Positions 10,329-20,816 of a DNA stretch of 64,000 nt are shown here, one piece after another; the first letter of the stretch is position 1; each line of letters begins with the position of its first letter. The notes beneath the pieces are model-generated. The model was not told the DNA's origin. It saw only the letters and a program-made list of their open reading frames with translations, and did not search any database. The stretch is taken from assembly GCA_944321725.1 (NCBI GenBank), contig CALUMI010000008.1, positions 641 to 64,640 on the forward strand, read 5' to 3'. The stretch is from an uncultured Muribaculaceae bacterium. GTDB lineage: Bacteria > Bacteroidota > Bacteroidia > Bacteroidales > Muribaculaceae. The position numbers and the translations under genes are program-made.

Positions 10329-10871
10329 TTATTTCATTGCAAGGTTTGCGTTTGCGGCATATTCCTGATATGCCATTACTCCTGCTTGGGAAAGCTCTAC
10401 CACCTTAAATTCTCCATTTGCGGCAGGAACTTTGACGTGGGTGTCGTCAACAAAAGTAAGGAACGGCACATCACCTTCCGGTGTTGTGACCGACCATGTT
10501 TTTTCCTCTTCATTGAAGTTAAGCTCAACTACAGATTTGTCGGCTTCGTTGGTGATAGTGTATCCATCTTTGTTCCATTCAACCAAGTAGCGTCCGTCTT
10601 CACCATTGATTACTTTTTGTCCGGCTACGATTGGATTGCTGCCCGACCAGAACTCAACACTGTTGATTACAATCACATCGGCAAGCATTGAAATCTCATA
10701 GACAGGAAGAATCCAAAATCCGATAAACACGAGCTCATTAACAAATTTGTTACTGATTTGCTGGTTCCAAGAAAGAACTTTATTGCTCAAACCGAAACTT
10801 CCGATGCACGATGAAAAAAGCATCGAACTTGCAAGTACAATCGCACAAATAGGCAGTAATTTCTTCTTCAT
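10329..10871 (-). CDS. DUF3332-like lipoprotein
   Basis: Lipobox LFSSC. The GSFGLSNKVLSWNQ...NKFVNELVF...PVYEISMLADVIVINSVEFWSG pattern matches my recollection of DUF3332. Confidence 0.6.
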   Translation of the reverse strand: MKKKLLPICAIVLASSMLFSSCIGSFGLSNKVLSWNQQISNKFVNELVFIGFWILPVYEISMLADVIVINSVEFWSGSNPIVAGQKVINGEDGRYLVEWNKDGYTITNEADKSVVELNFNEEEKTWSVTTPEGDVPFLTFVDDTHVKVPAANGEFKVVELSQAGVMAYQEYAANANLAMK

Positions 10872-10987
10872 AATTGTAAATTATTATTTTAATATCTACA
10901 AATGTACGAAATGTTTTCTGTAAAATGTGTCGAAAACGACAGAAAAATATGCAATTTGATGAATTTTATTATCTATTTTGCCGATTG

Positions 10988-12370
10988 TCAATATCTTTTG
11001 TAAAGATGATATATGCGCAGCACTTCTGACACATATTTTACAGTCTGCCGTCCCCTGAAATAACCGTATTTGCAAACTTCGTCGTTGTAGTATTCCGGAT
11101 ATGCTTTCATCAACAGTGCCTCGCTTACGTTTCCGTCCCATATCTGCGGGTCTTTACCAAATTTTTTGGCCAATGATATTGCGTCGTAGATGTGCGCTAT
11201 TCCGGAATTATATGCGGCAAGTATGAATTTTTTGCGCTCTTCTGTGTCGGGCACATACTTTTGCAGCGTTTTGTCTAAGCTCAGAATAAGTTTTACGGCT
11301 GCCTGTATATTGCTTTCAGGGTCTTCTATGTTGTTGTCCGACAATCCCAACGTCCGGGCGGTTGCGGGCATAAGCTGCATAATCCCTCTTGCACCTGCCC
11401 ATGATACAGCCTGTGGATTGAAATTGGATTCTATGTAGGCTTGCGCCGCAAGCAATTTCCAATCCCAGCCCAATGTGCCGGAATGGAATTTGAAGAGGTT
11501 GTCGTAAGGCGATATTATTCCACGCTTGAGGAGCCGGATGTTGATTTCTGCCTCTGAGAATGTTTTGTTTGTTTCAAAGTAATGTCTGAACAGGCTTTGT
11601 CCTGCCTCTATTACGTTTTTTTGTCCGGCCCATTTGTTGATTGAGTCGGCAAGCCATTTGTCCGATTTTCTTACAGCCCAAGAGGAGCGTTGCGGAAAAC
11701 TTATCTCCAAACTTATGTCGATATTCGGATAATATGAATGATCAAGATGCGCGATGTCGCTGTCAACTATGGTGAGCGGAATTTCACCATCGGCGACCAT
11801 CTCAATGAGGTCCTCCTGCATGAGTGTGTCACGTGAGATAGTGTGTATTTTTATCCCTCCGCCTATCTCATTGTTCAGATTTAATAACCGGGCCTCATAT
11901 TTGGAGCCTTTTTCCACATAAATGTCTTTTCCTGATAATTGTGTTACGTCGGTTATGCCGCGTTTGCCGTTTTTAGTAGGTTGTACAAGCACTTGTTTGG
12001 TAATGTTGTCTAATCCGCAATGCTCGATTTTTTGGTTATACTCGGCTGTTATCGGGATATTGTACGCGATGATGTCGATTTTTGCGGAATCTAATTTTTC
12101 TATCAGGGAGGGCATGTTTCGCATGATTTCGAATTTTGCGACAATATTCTTGTCTTTTGCGAATTTCATAATCAAATCATAGTGATATCCCATTATGTCG
12201 CCTTTGTATAGAAAATAGGACGTCGGGCTGTAGAGTGTCCCTACAACAAGCGTGTCAGGCAACGGTTTGTTTATTGCGGTTTTGGTTTCTGTCTTTTTAC
12301 TGCATCTTGCCATCCCCAATATTAAAAATATCAGAATCACAGGCAGGTGTATGTAAGACAGTCTGCGCAT
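10988..12370 (-). CDS. mltF: membrane-bound lytic murein transglycosylase F-like
   Basis: N-terminal periplasmic solute-binding-like domain plus a C-terminal SLT domain (AQAYIESNFNPQAVSWAGARGIMQLMP, AYNSG). Confidence 0.85.
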   Translation of the reverse strand: MRRLSYIHLPVILIFLILGMARCSKKTETKTAINKPLPDTLVVGTLYSPTSYFLYKGDIMGYHYDLIMKFAKDKNIVAKFEIMRNMPSLIEKLDSAKIDIIAYNIPITAEYNQKIEHCGLDNITKQVLVQPTKNGKRGITDVTQLSGKDIYVEKGSKYEARLLNLNNEIGGGIKIHTISRDTLMQEDLIEMVADGEIPLTIVDSDIAHLDHSYYPNIDISLEISFPQRSSWAVRKSDKWLADSINKWAGQKNVIEAGQSLFRHYFETNKTFSEAEINIRLLKRGIISPYDNLFKFHSGTLGWDWKLLAAQAYIESNFNPQAVSWAGARGIMQLMPATARTLGLSDNNIEDPESNIQAAVKLILSLDKTLQKYVPDTEERKKFILAAYNSGIAHIYDAISLAKKFGKDPQIWDGNVSEALLMKAYPEYYNDEVCKYGYFRGRQTVKYVSEVLRIYHLYKRY

Positions 12371-12372
12371 GT

Positions 12373-13542
12373 TTAATATTCAAAGCAGCCGTATTCGGAT
12401 TTGATAGTGAGATGATTTGTCTTGGCGTTCTCCACTCTTCCGACAATACGTGCCTCAACACCATAACTGCCGGAAATCTCCATTATGCGCTCGGCATTTT
12501 CAGGCGCGGAATATATTTCCATTCTGTGCCCCATGTTGAACACCTTGTACATCTCTTTCCATTCCGTGTTTGATTGCTCTTTTATGATTCTGAACAATGG
12601 CGGTATGGGGAATAGGTTGTCTTTTATCACATGCTTGTTTTCTACGAAATGCATGATTTTTGTTTGTGCGCCGCCGGAGCAGTGTACCATACCGTGTATT
12701 GCCGGACGCATCTCGTCTAAGATGCTTTTGATTATGGGTGCGTAAGTGCGGGTGGGCGACAATACAAGTTTGCCTGCTGTCAGTCCTGTTTCCGGTACAA
12801 TGTCGGTAAGCTTGAGCTTTCCGGAATAGATTAACTCTTCTGGAACATTTTTATCATAACTTTCCGGATATTTCTCGGCTATGTATTTTGCGAACACGTC
12901 ATGTCGGGCTGATGTCAGGCCGTTGCTTCCCATTCCGCCGTTATACTCATCCTCGTATGTGGCTTTTCCTGATGACGACAGGCCTATTATGACATCGCCG
13001 GCCTCAATGTTTGCGTTGTTGATGACATCCGAGCGTTTCATTCTGCAAGTGACAGTGCTGTCTACAATTATGGTGCGCACAAGATCTCCAACATCTGCTG
13101 TTTCTCCTCCTGTGCTGTAGATACCTATCCCCAATTTTCGCAGATCGGCGAGCAGCTCTTCTGTCCCGTTGATAATTGCGGCGATTACCTCTCCCGGTAT
13201 TAACAATTTGTTGCGTCCGATAGTTGATGAAAGCAATATGTTGTCGGTGGCTCCTACGCACAGCAAATCGTCGATGTTCATTATCAAGGAATCTTGGGCG
13301 ATTCCTTTCCATACGCTTAGGTCGCCGGTTTCTTTCCAGTAGATGTAGGCGAGTGATGATTTTGTGCCGGCTCCATCCGCGTGCATTATATTGCAATAGT
13401 TGTCGTCGCCGCCCAATATGTCAGGGATTATTTTGCAGAATGCTTTTGGATAAAGCCCTTTGTCTACATTCTTTATTGCGTTGTGTACGTCTTCTTTTGA
13501 CGCGGAAACTCCGCGAAGGTCATATCTTTGGTTATTGCCCAT
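12373..13542 (-). CDS. purM: AIR synthase (phosphoribosylformylglycinamidine cyclo-ligase)
   Basis: ORF 12373..13746 trimmed to MGNNQRYDLRGVSASKEDVH at 13542, which is 11 nt after the cdsA stop. It carries the HADGAGTK and DDLLCVGA blocks. Confidence 0.85.
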   Translation of the reverse strand: MGNNQRYDLRGVSASKEDVHNAIKNVDKGLYPKAFCKIIPDILGGDDNYCNIMHADGAGTKSSLAYIYWKETGDLSVWKGIAQDSLIMNIDDLLCVGATDNILLSSTIGRNKLLIPGEVIAAIINGTEELLADLRKLGIGIYSTGGETADVGDLVRTIIVDSTVTCRMKRSDVINNANIEAGDVIIGLSSSGKATYEDEYNGGMGSNGLTSARHDVFAKYIAEKYPESYDKNVPEELIYSGKLKLTDIVPETGLTAGKLVLSPTRTYAPIIKSILDEMRPAIHGMVHCSGGAQTKIMHFVENKHVIKDNLFPIPPLFRIIKEQSNTEWKEMYKVFNMGHRMEIYSAPENAERIMEISGSYGVEARIVGRVENAKTNHLTIKSEYGCFEY

Positions 13543-13553
13543 TGTTGAATTTT

Positions 13554-14402
13554 TTATAGTGTGAAATAAAGGAAAAACAGAGATGCGGGAGTTACGAGTA
13601 ACAAGCTGTCTATGCGGTCGAGCACACCTCCGTGCCCCGGTAGAATATGTCCTGAATCTTTTGCTCCGACACTGCGTTTTATGGAAGATTCCACCAAATC
13701 TCCCATTGTGGCGAAGATGGTGACTGCTATTGCGAATGATGTCCATTCCACAATAGAGAAGTCAGCCGCTATGTCAAAAAAGTAGCAATATATGATGAGT
13801 GCTGCTATTATGTTGAAAAATAGTCCTCCAAAAAATCCTTCCCATGATTTTTTTGGTGAAATTCTTTCAAACAGGCGGTGCTTGCCAAGCAATGAGCCTA
13901 TGCAGAACGCTCCTGTGTCGTTTATCCAAATGAAAATAAGGCATAGGAGCAATAAATGCGGTGCCTTGAAATACAGGTGGTTAAGCATTGTCATTGACAG
14001 TGCGATGTAGATTTGCGACATGGCCGAAGTTTTGAGGCACTCCATAGAGTTATGCCCTTTAATGTAGAGCTGCACGACAGGCCGTATTACAAGATACGGT
14101 ATATAATAGATTATCGGGCTTGTTTCTTCTCCTGTTTTATATGTAAAAAATGTGGATAAGAAAAGAGTCAGTCCTCCCAAAACGTCAACGGCTGTACATA
14201 GCCATTTGTGTGGTGTGCCATTCGCGTAAAGTTTGGAGAATTCTATTATTCCTGCCGCTAAAATCAGACTGAAAATTATGGCAAAATATGTGTCGCCGCA
14301 CACTGTCGCGATAACAAGCAGAGCCACATATACGATGCCGGTTATTGTTCGTTGTAGTATATTTTTCACAATCGACCCCAATTTTTTGCAAAAGTAATTC
14401 AT
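13554..14402 (-). CDS. cdsA: phosphatidate cytidylyltransferase
   Basis: Polytopic membrane protein with the signature SSIKRSVGAKDSGHILPGHGGVLDRIDS. Confidence 0.9.
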   Translation of the reverse strand: MNYFCKKLGSIVKNILQRTITGIVYVALLVIATVCGDTYFAIIFSLILAAGIIEFSKLYANGTPHKWLCTAVDVLGGLTLFLSTFFTYKTGEETSPIIYYIPYLVIRPVVQLYIKGHNSMECLKTSAMSQIYIALSMTMLNHLYFKAPHLLLLCLIFIWINDTGAFCIGSLLGKHRLFERISPKKSWEGFFGGLFFNIIAALIIYCYFFDIAADFSIVEWTSFAIAVTIFATMGDLVESSIKRSVGAKDSGHILPGHGGVLDRIDSLLLVTPASLFFLYFTL

Positions 14403-14473
14403 TTTATCTACAGATTAAAGCCCGGCGGATAAAATTTAAAAATATAGTAGTTTTTTTAATATATTAAAAATAT

Positions 14474-14481
14474 TACCTTTG
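14474..14481 (+). promoter_or_regulatory. Bacteroidota -7 promoter element (TAnnTTTG) upstream of fabI
   Basis: TACCTTTG lies 39 nt upstream of the ATG. Confidence 0.5.
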
Positions 14482-14519
14482 CGGCTGAAAAAGATTGTAT
14501 AACCTAAAAACATTAAAGA

Positions 14520-15377
14520 ATGGGTTTTAATTTATTGAAAGGAAAGCGCGGCGTTATTTTTGGCGCACTTAATTCTAACAGTATAGCGTGGAAAGTAGCG
14601 GAGAGGGCTGTGGAGGAAGGCGCGGTAATAACACTTTCCAATACGCCTGTTGCCGTGAGAATGGGCGACGTGTCTGTCTTGGGAGAGAAATTGAATGCCG
14701 AGATTTTACCTGCTGATGCCACTAATTGCGAGGATTTGGAAATGGTTTTTCAGAAATCTGTTGAAATACTCGGTGGAAAAATAGACTTTGTGCTGCATTC
14801 AATCGGAATGTCGCCCAATGTGCGGAAAAAGCGTCTTTATGATGATTTGGATTATGATTTGCTGAACAAGACGCTTGATATTTCTGCCATATCATTCCAT
14901 AAAATGATACAAACGGCGAAAAAACTTGACGCAATAAATGAATACGGAAGCATTGTGGCTCTCTCTTATGTGGCTGCGCAGCGCACGTTGTTCGGCTATA
15001 ACGATATGGCTGACGCAAAAGCGTTGCTTGAGTCGATAGCGCGCAGCTTTGGTTATATATACGGACGTGAGAAGCATGTCAGAATAAACACAATCTCGCA
15101 ATCTCCTACGATGACCACTGCCGGCAGCGGGGTTAAAGGCATGGAGTCGCTAATGGACTTTGCCAATCGCATGTCGCCACTTGGAAATGCCGACGCTGCG
15201 GAGTGTGCCGATTATTGCATAGTCATGTTCAGCGATCTCACCCGTAAGGTGACAATGCAAAATCTTTATCATGACGGCGGATTCTCAAGTATGGGAATGA
15301 GCTTGAGGGCTATGGACCAATATGAGAAAAGTTTCGATAAATATCGCAATCCGGATGGCACAATACAGTATGGATAG
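14520..15377 (+). CDS. fabI: enoyl-ACP reductase FabI
   Basis: 285 aa with SIAWKVA, YVAAQRT...Y...MADAK and an SDR-like FabI pattern. Confidence 0.9.
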   Translation: MGFNLLKGKRGVIFGALNSNSIAWKVAERAVEEGAVITLSNTPVAVRMGDVSVLGEKLNAEILPADATNCEDLEMVFQKSVEILGGKIDFVLHSIGMSPNVRKKRLYDDLDYDLLNKTLDISAISFHKMIQTAKKLDAINEYGSIVALSYVAAQRTLFGYNDMADAKALLESIARSFGYIYGREKHVRINTISQSPTMTTAGSGVKGMESLMDFANRMSPLGNADAAECADYCIVMFSDLTRKVTMQNLYHDGGFSSMGMSLRAMDQYEKSFDKYRNPDGTIQYG

Positions 15378-15399
15378 AATTTGCCGTATTCTGGTTATA

Positions 15400-15440
15400 A
15401 ATTCGGCTGCTAATTTATTGGCAGCCGAATTTTGTTATTT
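15400..15440 (+). terminator. intrinsic terminator after fabI
   Basis: AATTCGGCTGC ... GCAGCCGAATT, an 11-bp stem followed by TTTGTTATTTT. Confidence 0.75.
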
Positions 15441-15566
15441 TAACGTTGTAGTGTTAATCAAAGTCGGCACGTTGTTTGTTATTTATTCACGTAATCGGCA
15501 TGAGGTTTTGCCGGGTGAAACTGAAATATGAATTATTACATGTTTTTGTTTTCGCTTGCCTTATAC

Positions 15567-15574
15567 TATCTTTG
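15567..15574 (+). promoter_or_regulatory. Bacteroidota -7 promoter element upstream of rsfS-ftsH
   Basis: TATCTTTG lies 30 nt upstream of the rsfS ATG. Confidence 0.5.
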
Positions 15575-15603
15575 CCGACAAATATAAATTTTATTTTCAT
15601 TGA

Positions 15604-15960
15604 ATGAATAACGAAGAATTATTTAAAACGATTATTGAGGGTATACAAGAGCGTAAAGGAAGAAAAATCACACATGTGGACTTGAGCGCGTTGGAGCATG
15701 TATCAACGGAGCATTTTTTGATATGTCAAGGTACATCGACAATGCAAGTTGCGGCTATCGCGGATTCCATACGCGAGCATGTGCAGGAGAAAATTGGCGT
15801 CAAGCCGTTTAATTACGACGGTTATCGTAATTCTCAATGGATTGTGATTGATTATGGGAATATCTATGTGCATGTGTTTTTGCCTGAGTTCAGAGAGTAT
15901 TATAATCTTGAGCAGTTATGGAACGACGCTAAAATAACAGAAATTCCTGATTTGGATTAA
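15604..15960 (+). CDS. rsfS: ribosome silencing factor RsfS
   Basis: 118 aa with the characteristic WIVIDYGNIYVHVFLPEFREYYNLEQLW. Confidence 0.85.
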   Translation: MNNEELFKTIIEGIQERKGRKITHVDLSALEHVSTEHFLICQGTSTMQVAAIADSIREHVQEKIGVKPFNYDGYRNSQWIVIDYGNIYVHVFLPEFREYYNLEQLWNDAKITEIPDLD

Positions 15961-15970
15961 GAACATTATT

Positions 15971-18001
15971 ATGGACAATAATATCAATAAAAATAAGAAA
16001 GGCGGCTTCCGGTTCTTTAATATTTTCTGGATGTATGCAATCATCGGATTGGCGCTGATTGGATTATTTTATTTCCAAAACTCCGGATTTGAAAAAGAGG
16101 TAGGCTGGTCTGACTTTGAAAAATATGTGCAGACAAAAGGTGTGACCAAGATTGTTGTTTATCCGCAAGAGGGTAGGATTAACGCATATCTGAACGATTC
16201 GCTTGCCCATGAGATTTTTAAGGATTTGCAGCCAAAAGGCGTATCCAAGAGGGTCAAGATTACTGTCATGGCTCCTTCTAATGTTGACGACAAGATAGAG
16301 GAGTGGAAAGCACAAGGCGTATTTAATGGTGATGTTACTTATGAGCAGTCAAGCAATATTTCCGGTTTTTTATGGTCATTCGGTCCGATATTGCTGTTGA
16401 TTGTGTTTTGGTTTATAATCATGCGCCGGATGTCGAGAGGAGGAGATGCCGGCGGTGGCGGTGTGTTCAATGTTGGAAAGTCAAAAGCGCAACTTTTTGA
16501 CAAAGAGAATGGCACTAATGTGACATTCAAAGATGTCGCCGGTCTGCATGAGGCCAAGACGGAGATAGAGGAGATTGTTGAATTTTTGAAGAATCCTAAA
16601 CGGTATACCGATTTGGGCGGCAAGATTCCAAAGGGCGCATTGCTTGTCGGCCCTCCGGGAACGGGAAAGACTCTGCTTGCCAAAGCTGTGGCGGGCGAGG
16701 CTAATGTGCCGTTCTTTTCTCTTTCCGGTTCTGATTTTGTGGAGATGTTTGTCGGAGTCGGAGCATCGCGTGTGAGAGATTTGTTCAGAAAGGCAAAAGA
16801 TAAAGCTCCGTGTATCATTTTTATAGATGAGATAGATGCTGTTGGACGTGCGCGTGGGCGCAATCCGAACATGGGTGCCAATGATGAGCGGGAGAACACG
16901 CTTAATCAGCTCCTTACTGAAATGGACGGATTTGGGACAAACAGCGGAATAATTGTGCTCGCGGCAACCAACCGCGCTGATATTCTCGACAAAGCATTGT
17001 TGCGTGCCGGACGGTTTGACAGGCAGATTTATGTGGATTTGCCTGATTTGAACGACCGACGTGAGATTTTCCTTGTGCATTTGCGCAATGTGAAAATCGA
17101 TGACAGTGTGGATGTCGATTTGCTTGCGCGCCAAACTCCGGGATTTTCCGGTGCGGATATTGCCAATGTGTGCAATGAGGCAGCTTTGATTGCGGCGCGT
17201 AGAAACAAGAAAGCGGTTGAAAAGCAGGATTTTATGGATGCAGTCGACCGTATTGTCGGCGGTTTGGAAAAGCGTTCGAAAGTGACTACAGAGGAAGAGC
17301 GTGAGGCGATTGCCATTCATGAGGCCGGACACGCCACAATCAGTTGGTTCTTGAAATATGCAAATCCGTTGATAAAGGTTACGATAGTTCCGCGCGGAAA
17401 AGCGCTTGGTGCGGCTTGGTATCTTCCGGAAGAGCGTCAAATCACGCCTGAGCAGGCTATTCTCGACGAGATGTGCGCTACGCTTGGCGGACGTGCGGCT
17501 GAGGAATTGTTCATCGGACATATTTCGACAGGGGCTGCCAATGATTTGGAGCGCGTGACTAAGCAGGCTTATTCCATGGTGGCATATTTCGGCATGAGCG
17601 AGGCTTTGCCAAATGTTTGCTATTATGATTCAACAGGGCAGGATTATGGATTCTCAAAGCCTTATAGCGAGGATCGTGCGCGGTTGATTGACAAGGAAGT
17701 GTCGAGGATAATAGCCGAGCAATATGCCCGTGCTAAGGCTTTGCTTAATGAACATGCGGATGGACATCATAGGCTGAAATCTTTGCTTCTTGAAAGAGAG
17801 GTGATTTATACGGAGGACGTGGAAAAGATTTTTGGCAAACGTCAATGGTCTTCGCGTACAGAAGAAATTATCCGTGTTAATGAGGAGCTTGAAAAACAGC
17901 GTGAGGCTGAAGAGGCTGAAAAGAAAAAAGAAAATCCTGAAGAGGGAAGCGCGTCTGCCACTCCTCCGCCTGTCCCCGATGATATAAAGAACGGAAAATA
18001 G
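15971..18001 (+). CDS. ftsH: ATP-dependent zinc metalloprotease FtsH
   Basis: Walker A GPPGTGKT, second region of homology, and the HEAGH zinc motif. Confidence 0.95.
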   Translation: MDNNINKNKKGGFRFFNIFWMYAIIGLALIGLFYFQNSGFEKEVGWSDFEKYVQTKGVTKIVVYPQEGRINAYLNDSLAHEIFKDLQPKGVSKRVKITVMAPSNVDDKIEEWKAQGVFNGDVTYEQSSNISGFLWSFGPILLLIVFWFIIMRRMSRGGDAGGGGVFNVGKSKAQLFDKENGTNVTFKDVAGLHEAKTEIEEIVEFLKNPKRYTDLGGKIPKGALLVGPPGTGKTLLAKAVAGEANVPFFSLSGSDFVEMFVGVGASRVRDLFRKAKDKAPCIIFIDEIDAVGRARGRNPNMGANDERENTLNQLLTEMDGFGTNSGIIVLAATNRADILDKALLRAGRFDRQIYVDLPDLNDRREIFLVHLRNVKIDDSVDVDLLARQTPGFSGADIANVCNEAALIAARRNKKAVEKQDFMDAVDRIVGGLEKRSKVTTEEEREAIAIHEAGHATISWFLKYANPLIKVTIVPRGKALGAAWYLPEERQITPEQAILDEMCATLGGRAAEELFIGHISTGAANDLERVTKQAYSMVAYFGMSEALPNVCYYDSTGQDYGFSKPYSEDRARLIDKEVSRIIAEQYARAKALLNEHADGHHRLKSLLLEREVIYTEDVEKIFGKRQWSSRTEEIIRVNEELEKQREAEEAEKKKENPEEGSASATPPPVPDDIKNGK

Positions 18002-18004
18002 AGA

Positions 18005-18030
18005 AAAAGCCGCTTTTGCGGCTTTTTTTG
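18005..18030 (+). terminator. intrinsic terminator after ftsH
   Basis: AGCCGC TTTT GCGGCT followed by a T7 run. Confidence 0.75.
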
Positions 18031-18125
18031 TGTTGACAGTGGAATGATCATTATGACATTCTTTCCAAACAGTTTCAGTAGGGCTTGGTTGTTCTGCAAC
18101 AGATTTGTATCTTTGAGAGTATAAA

Positions 18126-19175
18126 ATGTTATTTATGAAAACTCGTTTTTTATACTCCTTGCCATTGGTCTTGTTTATCATGTCTTGTGATGACAGTGCG
18201 GAAGGCGTATTGTCAGGATTCGTTTCCGGAGAAAACGCGGTATTTGAGATTGGCCATGAAGGCGGAGATATTTGCTCTGTGGAATTTGAAACTACAGGAG
18301 CGTGGTATGTTTTGGTTAATTATAAATCCGATGACATTGATTGGATTGATGTCAGCCCGGAAATGGGCAATGCAGGGAGAAATGTGTTGAGTATACAGGT
18401 GCATAAAAATGCCACAGAGGTTGATCGGGAGGCCGACATAGCGGTGAAATGCGGCAACAATGAGTTGGTTTATACCGTCATGCAAGGTCATGAGGAAAAA
18501 GAGGAGCCTCCGGTTGTGCCGGAAGGCGGTCTTGATTTGATAGAGTCTGTTGTGATTAATAATTATAAGCCTTATAATATTCTTGTAGGAACTGTTGAGG
18601 TGGATTTTGATTATGACGATGATTTGCTTATTGCATCTGCTGTTATTAAAAAAGACGGAGTTGAAAATATTGTCGGGTTGTCGTATGGTTCAGGTTTTAT
18701 TGAGTATGTGTATTCTGAGCCTGTGGAGGCAACTTTGAAAGATGGGCTGATTAATGTTTTGGCCGGTACGGAATTGACTTATTATGATAGCCGTTTGAAA
18801 TCGTTTGGCGACTTTGCGGTTACATGGCGTGGCGATAATATTTCCGCGCTGAGTGGCGGCAATTTTCTGATAAATGTTGCGTCGGATGAAAAATACCGGA
18901 TGTCGGGGAACTTGTATTTGGATTTGATGCTTGTTTGTGGTTCTATACATGAAAATGTGGAAGATTTGTTGCCGATGTTGCAGACCGGTTATTTGGGCAT
19001 ACCGTCGGCATCAATGCCTTCTGCCATTACAGTGAATGGTGTCCGGTATATGTATATCTACGCGTTGGATGGCAACGGTCGCATCGTGGAAATCCACGAA
19101 TTTGAAGACACGGATATAGATTTGTCATCCATCCCGATACATCGTATATATTATATTTCATACTTATATAGATAG
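18126..19175 (+). CDS. hypothetical lipoprotein with BACON-like N-terminal domain
   Basis: Lipobox LFIMSC. Residues of about 30-115 (FEIGHEGGD...[20 protein letters not shown]...[12 protein letters not shown]) resemble BACON-type Ig-like domains. Confidence 0.45.
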   Translation: MLFMKTRFLYSLPLVLFIMSCDDSAEGVLSGFVSGENAVFEIGHEGGDICSVEFETTGAWYVLVNYKSDDIDWIDVSPEMGNAGRNVLSIQVHKNATEVDREADIAVKCGNNELVYTVMQGHEEKEEPPVVPEGGLDLIESVVINNYKPYNILVGTVEVDFDYDDDLLIASAVIKKDGVENIVGLSYGSGFIEYVYSEPVEATLKDGLINVLAGTELTYYDSRLKSFGDFAVTWRGDNISALSGGNFLINVASDEKYRMSGNLYLDLMLVCGSIHENVEDLLPMLQTGYLGIPSASMPSAITVNGVRYMYIYALDGNGRIVEIHEFEDTDIDLSSIPIHRIYYISYLYR

Positions 19176-20144
19176 TTCGTTGAGCACTTCTATAAGGCTT
19201 TTGTCAAGAGGCTTGTCACCTTTTATGGCTTCTATGAAAGGAATATATACAATTTCATTATCATGTATTCCGATTAGCACATTCCGCTGTCCTTCTAATA
19301 GAGCTTGAATGGCGCCAACGCCAAGTCTGCTTGCCAAAATTCTGTCGAATGCGCTTGGAGAGCCTCCACGTTGCAAATGCCCTAAGATAGAAACTCTTAC
19401 CTCGTATTGAGGATATTCCTTTTTTATACGTTCTGCATAGTGCATTGCGCCTCCATCTTTCTGACTTTCAGAAACTATGACGATACAGCTGTTTTTAGTT
19501 TTTCTAAAACCTCTGTTTATGAATTGCTCTAACTGGTCTGCATCTGTTCGGTCCTCCGGTATTATTGCGGCTTCAGCCCCGGATGCGATTGCGCTGTTTT
19601 GTGCAAGGAACCCGGCATCGCGTCCCATTACTTCTACGAAAAAGATGCGGTCATGCGAAGTAGCTGTATCGCGTATCTTGTCTACACATTCTACTATCGT
19701 GTTCAGAGCAGTGTCATAACCTATTGTGGAATCAGTTCCGTACAAATCATTATCAATGGTTCCGGGCAGGCCGATACATACGATGTCAGCGTATGTATTG
19801 GCGAAAGTGTAAGCGCCCGATAAAGATCCGTTTCCCCCTATAATTATTAATGCCGATATTTTCTCTTTTTTGAGGGTTTCGTATGCTTTCTGCCTTCCGG
19901 CTTCTGTCATGAAATCTTTAGAGCGCGCGGTTTTCAATATTGTCCCGCCTCTTTGTATGGTATTGCTGACTGTTTCTGTAGTCAATTCTTTAACTTCTCC
20001 TGCAATCAATCCTTCATATCCCCGATATATTCCTTTGACTTTGAATCCGTTGCAAATTGCACTTCTTGTCACGGCGCGTATTGCTGCGTTCATTCCGGGA
20101 GCATCGCCTCCGGAACAAAGAACTCCTATATATTTCTCTTCCAT
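19164..20144 (-). CDS. pfkA: ATP-dependent 6-phosphofructokinase
   Basis: [30 protein letters not shown] and MGR motifs. Confidence 0.9.
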   Translation of the reverse strand: MEEKYIGVLCSGGDAPGMNAAIRAVTRSAICNGFKVKGIYRGYEGLIAGEVKELTTETVSNTIQRGGTILKTARSKDFMTEAGRQKAYETLKKEKISALIIIGGNGSLSGAYTFANTYADIVCIGLPGTIDNDLYGTDSTIGYDTALNTIVECVDKIRDTATSHDRIFFVEVMGRDAGFLAQNSAIASGAEAAIIPEDRTDADQLEQFINRGFRKTKNSCIVIVSESQKDGGAMHYAERIKKEYPQYEVRVSILGHLQRGGSPSAFDRILASRLGVGAIQALLEGQRNVLIGIHDNEIVYIPFIEAIKGDKPLDKSLIEVLNELSI

Positions 20145-20226
20145 TTTGTGTCCTTGTTTTGTGTGTTGGTTTAAGAATATGCCGGAAATGGAAAAATTCT
20201 TCCCGGCATATCTTTAAAACATGTTG

Positions 20227-20658
20227 CTACTTTACTTCTATAATTTTCTTTTGTTTGTCTGCATCGTTTTCTTTTGTTTTAGGAATTTCGATTGACAGAA
20301 CACCATTGTCCATTTTTGCGGATATTTTGTCCTTATCTACATTTTCCGGAAGCAAAATGGATTGCTCGAATTTTGAGTAAGAGAATTCCCGGCGCAGATA
20401 TTTCTTCTTATCCTTGCTTTCTTCTTTAGTTTCGTTTTTCTTTTCCATTTCGATTGACAAATTGTTGTCTTTGTCGATTGTGACTTTGAAATCCTCTTTT
20501 GTCATGCCGGGAGCGGCAATTTCAACTGTGTAGTCTTTCTCATTGTCAATCACATTGATTGCCGGAGCTGTCGCATTGGCTTTTAAAATACAGTTGTTGT
20601 CGAGGAAATCGTTGAAAATACTCGGCAGCCATTCTTGGTTTCTTTTTGCAGGTGTCAT
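20227..20658 (-). CDS. Hsp20/alpha-crystallin small heat-shock protein
   Basis: 143 aa with an alpha-crystallin domain (YTVEIAAPGMTKEDFKV...REFSYSKFEQSILLPENVD...NGVLSIEIPK). Confidence 0.9.
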   Translation of the reverse strand: MTPAKRNQEWLPSIFNDFLDNNCILKANATAPAINVIDNEKDYTVEIAAPGMTKEDFKVTIDKDNNLSIEMEKKNETKEESKDKKKYLRREFSYSKFEQSILLPENVDKDKISAKMDNGVLSIEIPKTKENDADKQKKIIEVK

Positions 20659-20662
20659 ATAA

Positions 20663-20670
20663 ACCTCCTT
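20663..20670 (-). promoter_or_regulatory. canonical Shine-Dalgarno sequence AAGGAGGT, 4 nt upstream of the hsp20 ATG
   Basis: The plus strand reads ACCTCCTT at 20663-20670. The start codon complement is at 20656-20658. Confidence 0.6.
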
Positions 20671-20816
20671 GTTTTTTGGTAGTTAATAGTTTGTATTAAT
20701 AAAATTATCCTGCGCAGGATTTTTAATTGGCGTAAAAGATTGTGTGTTTTGTTTTTAAACGCATCAATAATGTCGTTGTGTGCTCGTACTTCATGATTTG
20801 AGCAAGTAGATTTGTC

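Noticed and set aside
10896-11141. 81-aa minus-strand ORF overlapping the 3' end of mltF
   Set aside because: It overlaps the well-supported mltF frame and has no independent signal.
13543-13746. 68-aa N-terminal extension of the purM ORF
   Set aside because: It overlaps the cdsA 3' end. The conserved PurM N-terminus starts at MGNNQRYDLRG (13542).
16481-17521. 346-aa minus-strand ORF
   Set aside because: It is entirely antisense to ftsH, whose product carries unambiguous AAA+ and HEAGH motifs. The antisense product has no recognisable features.
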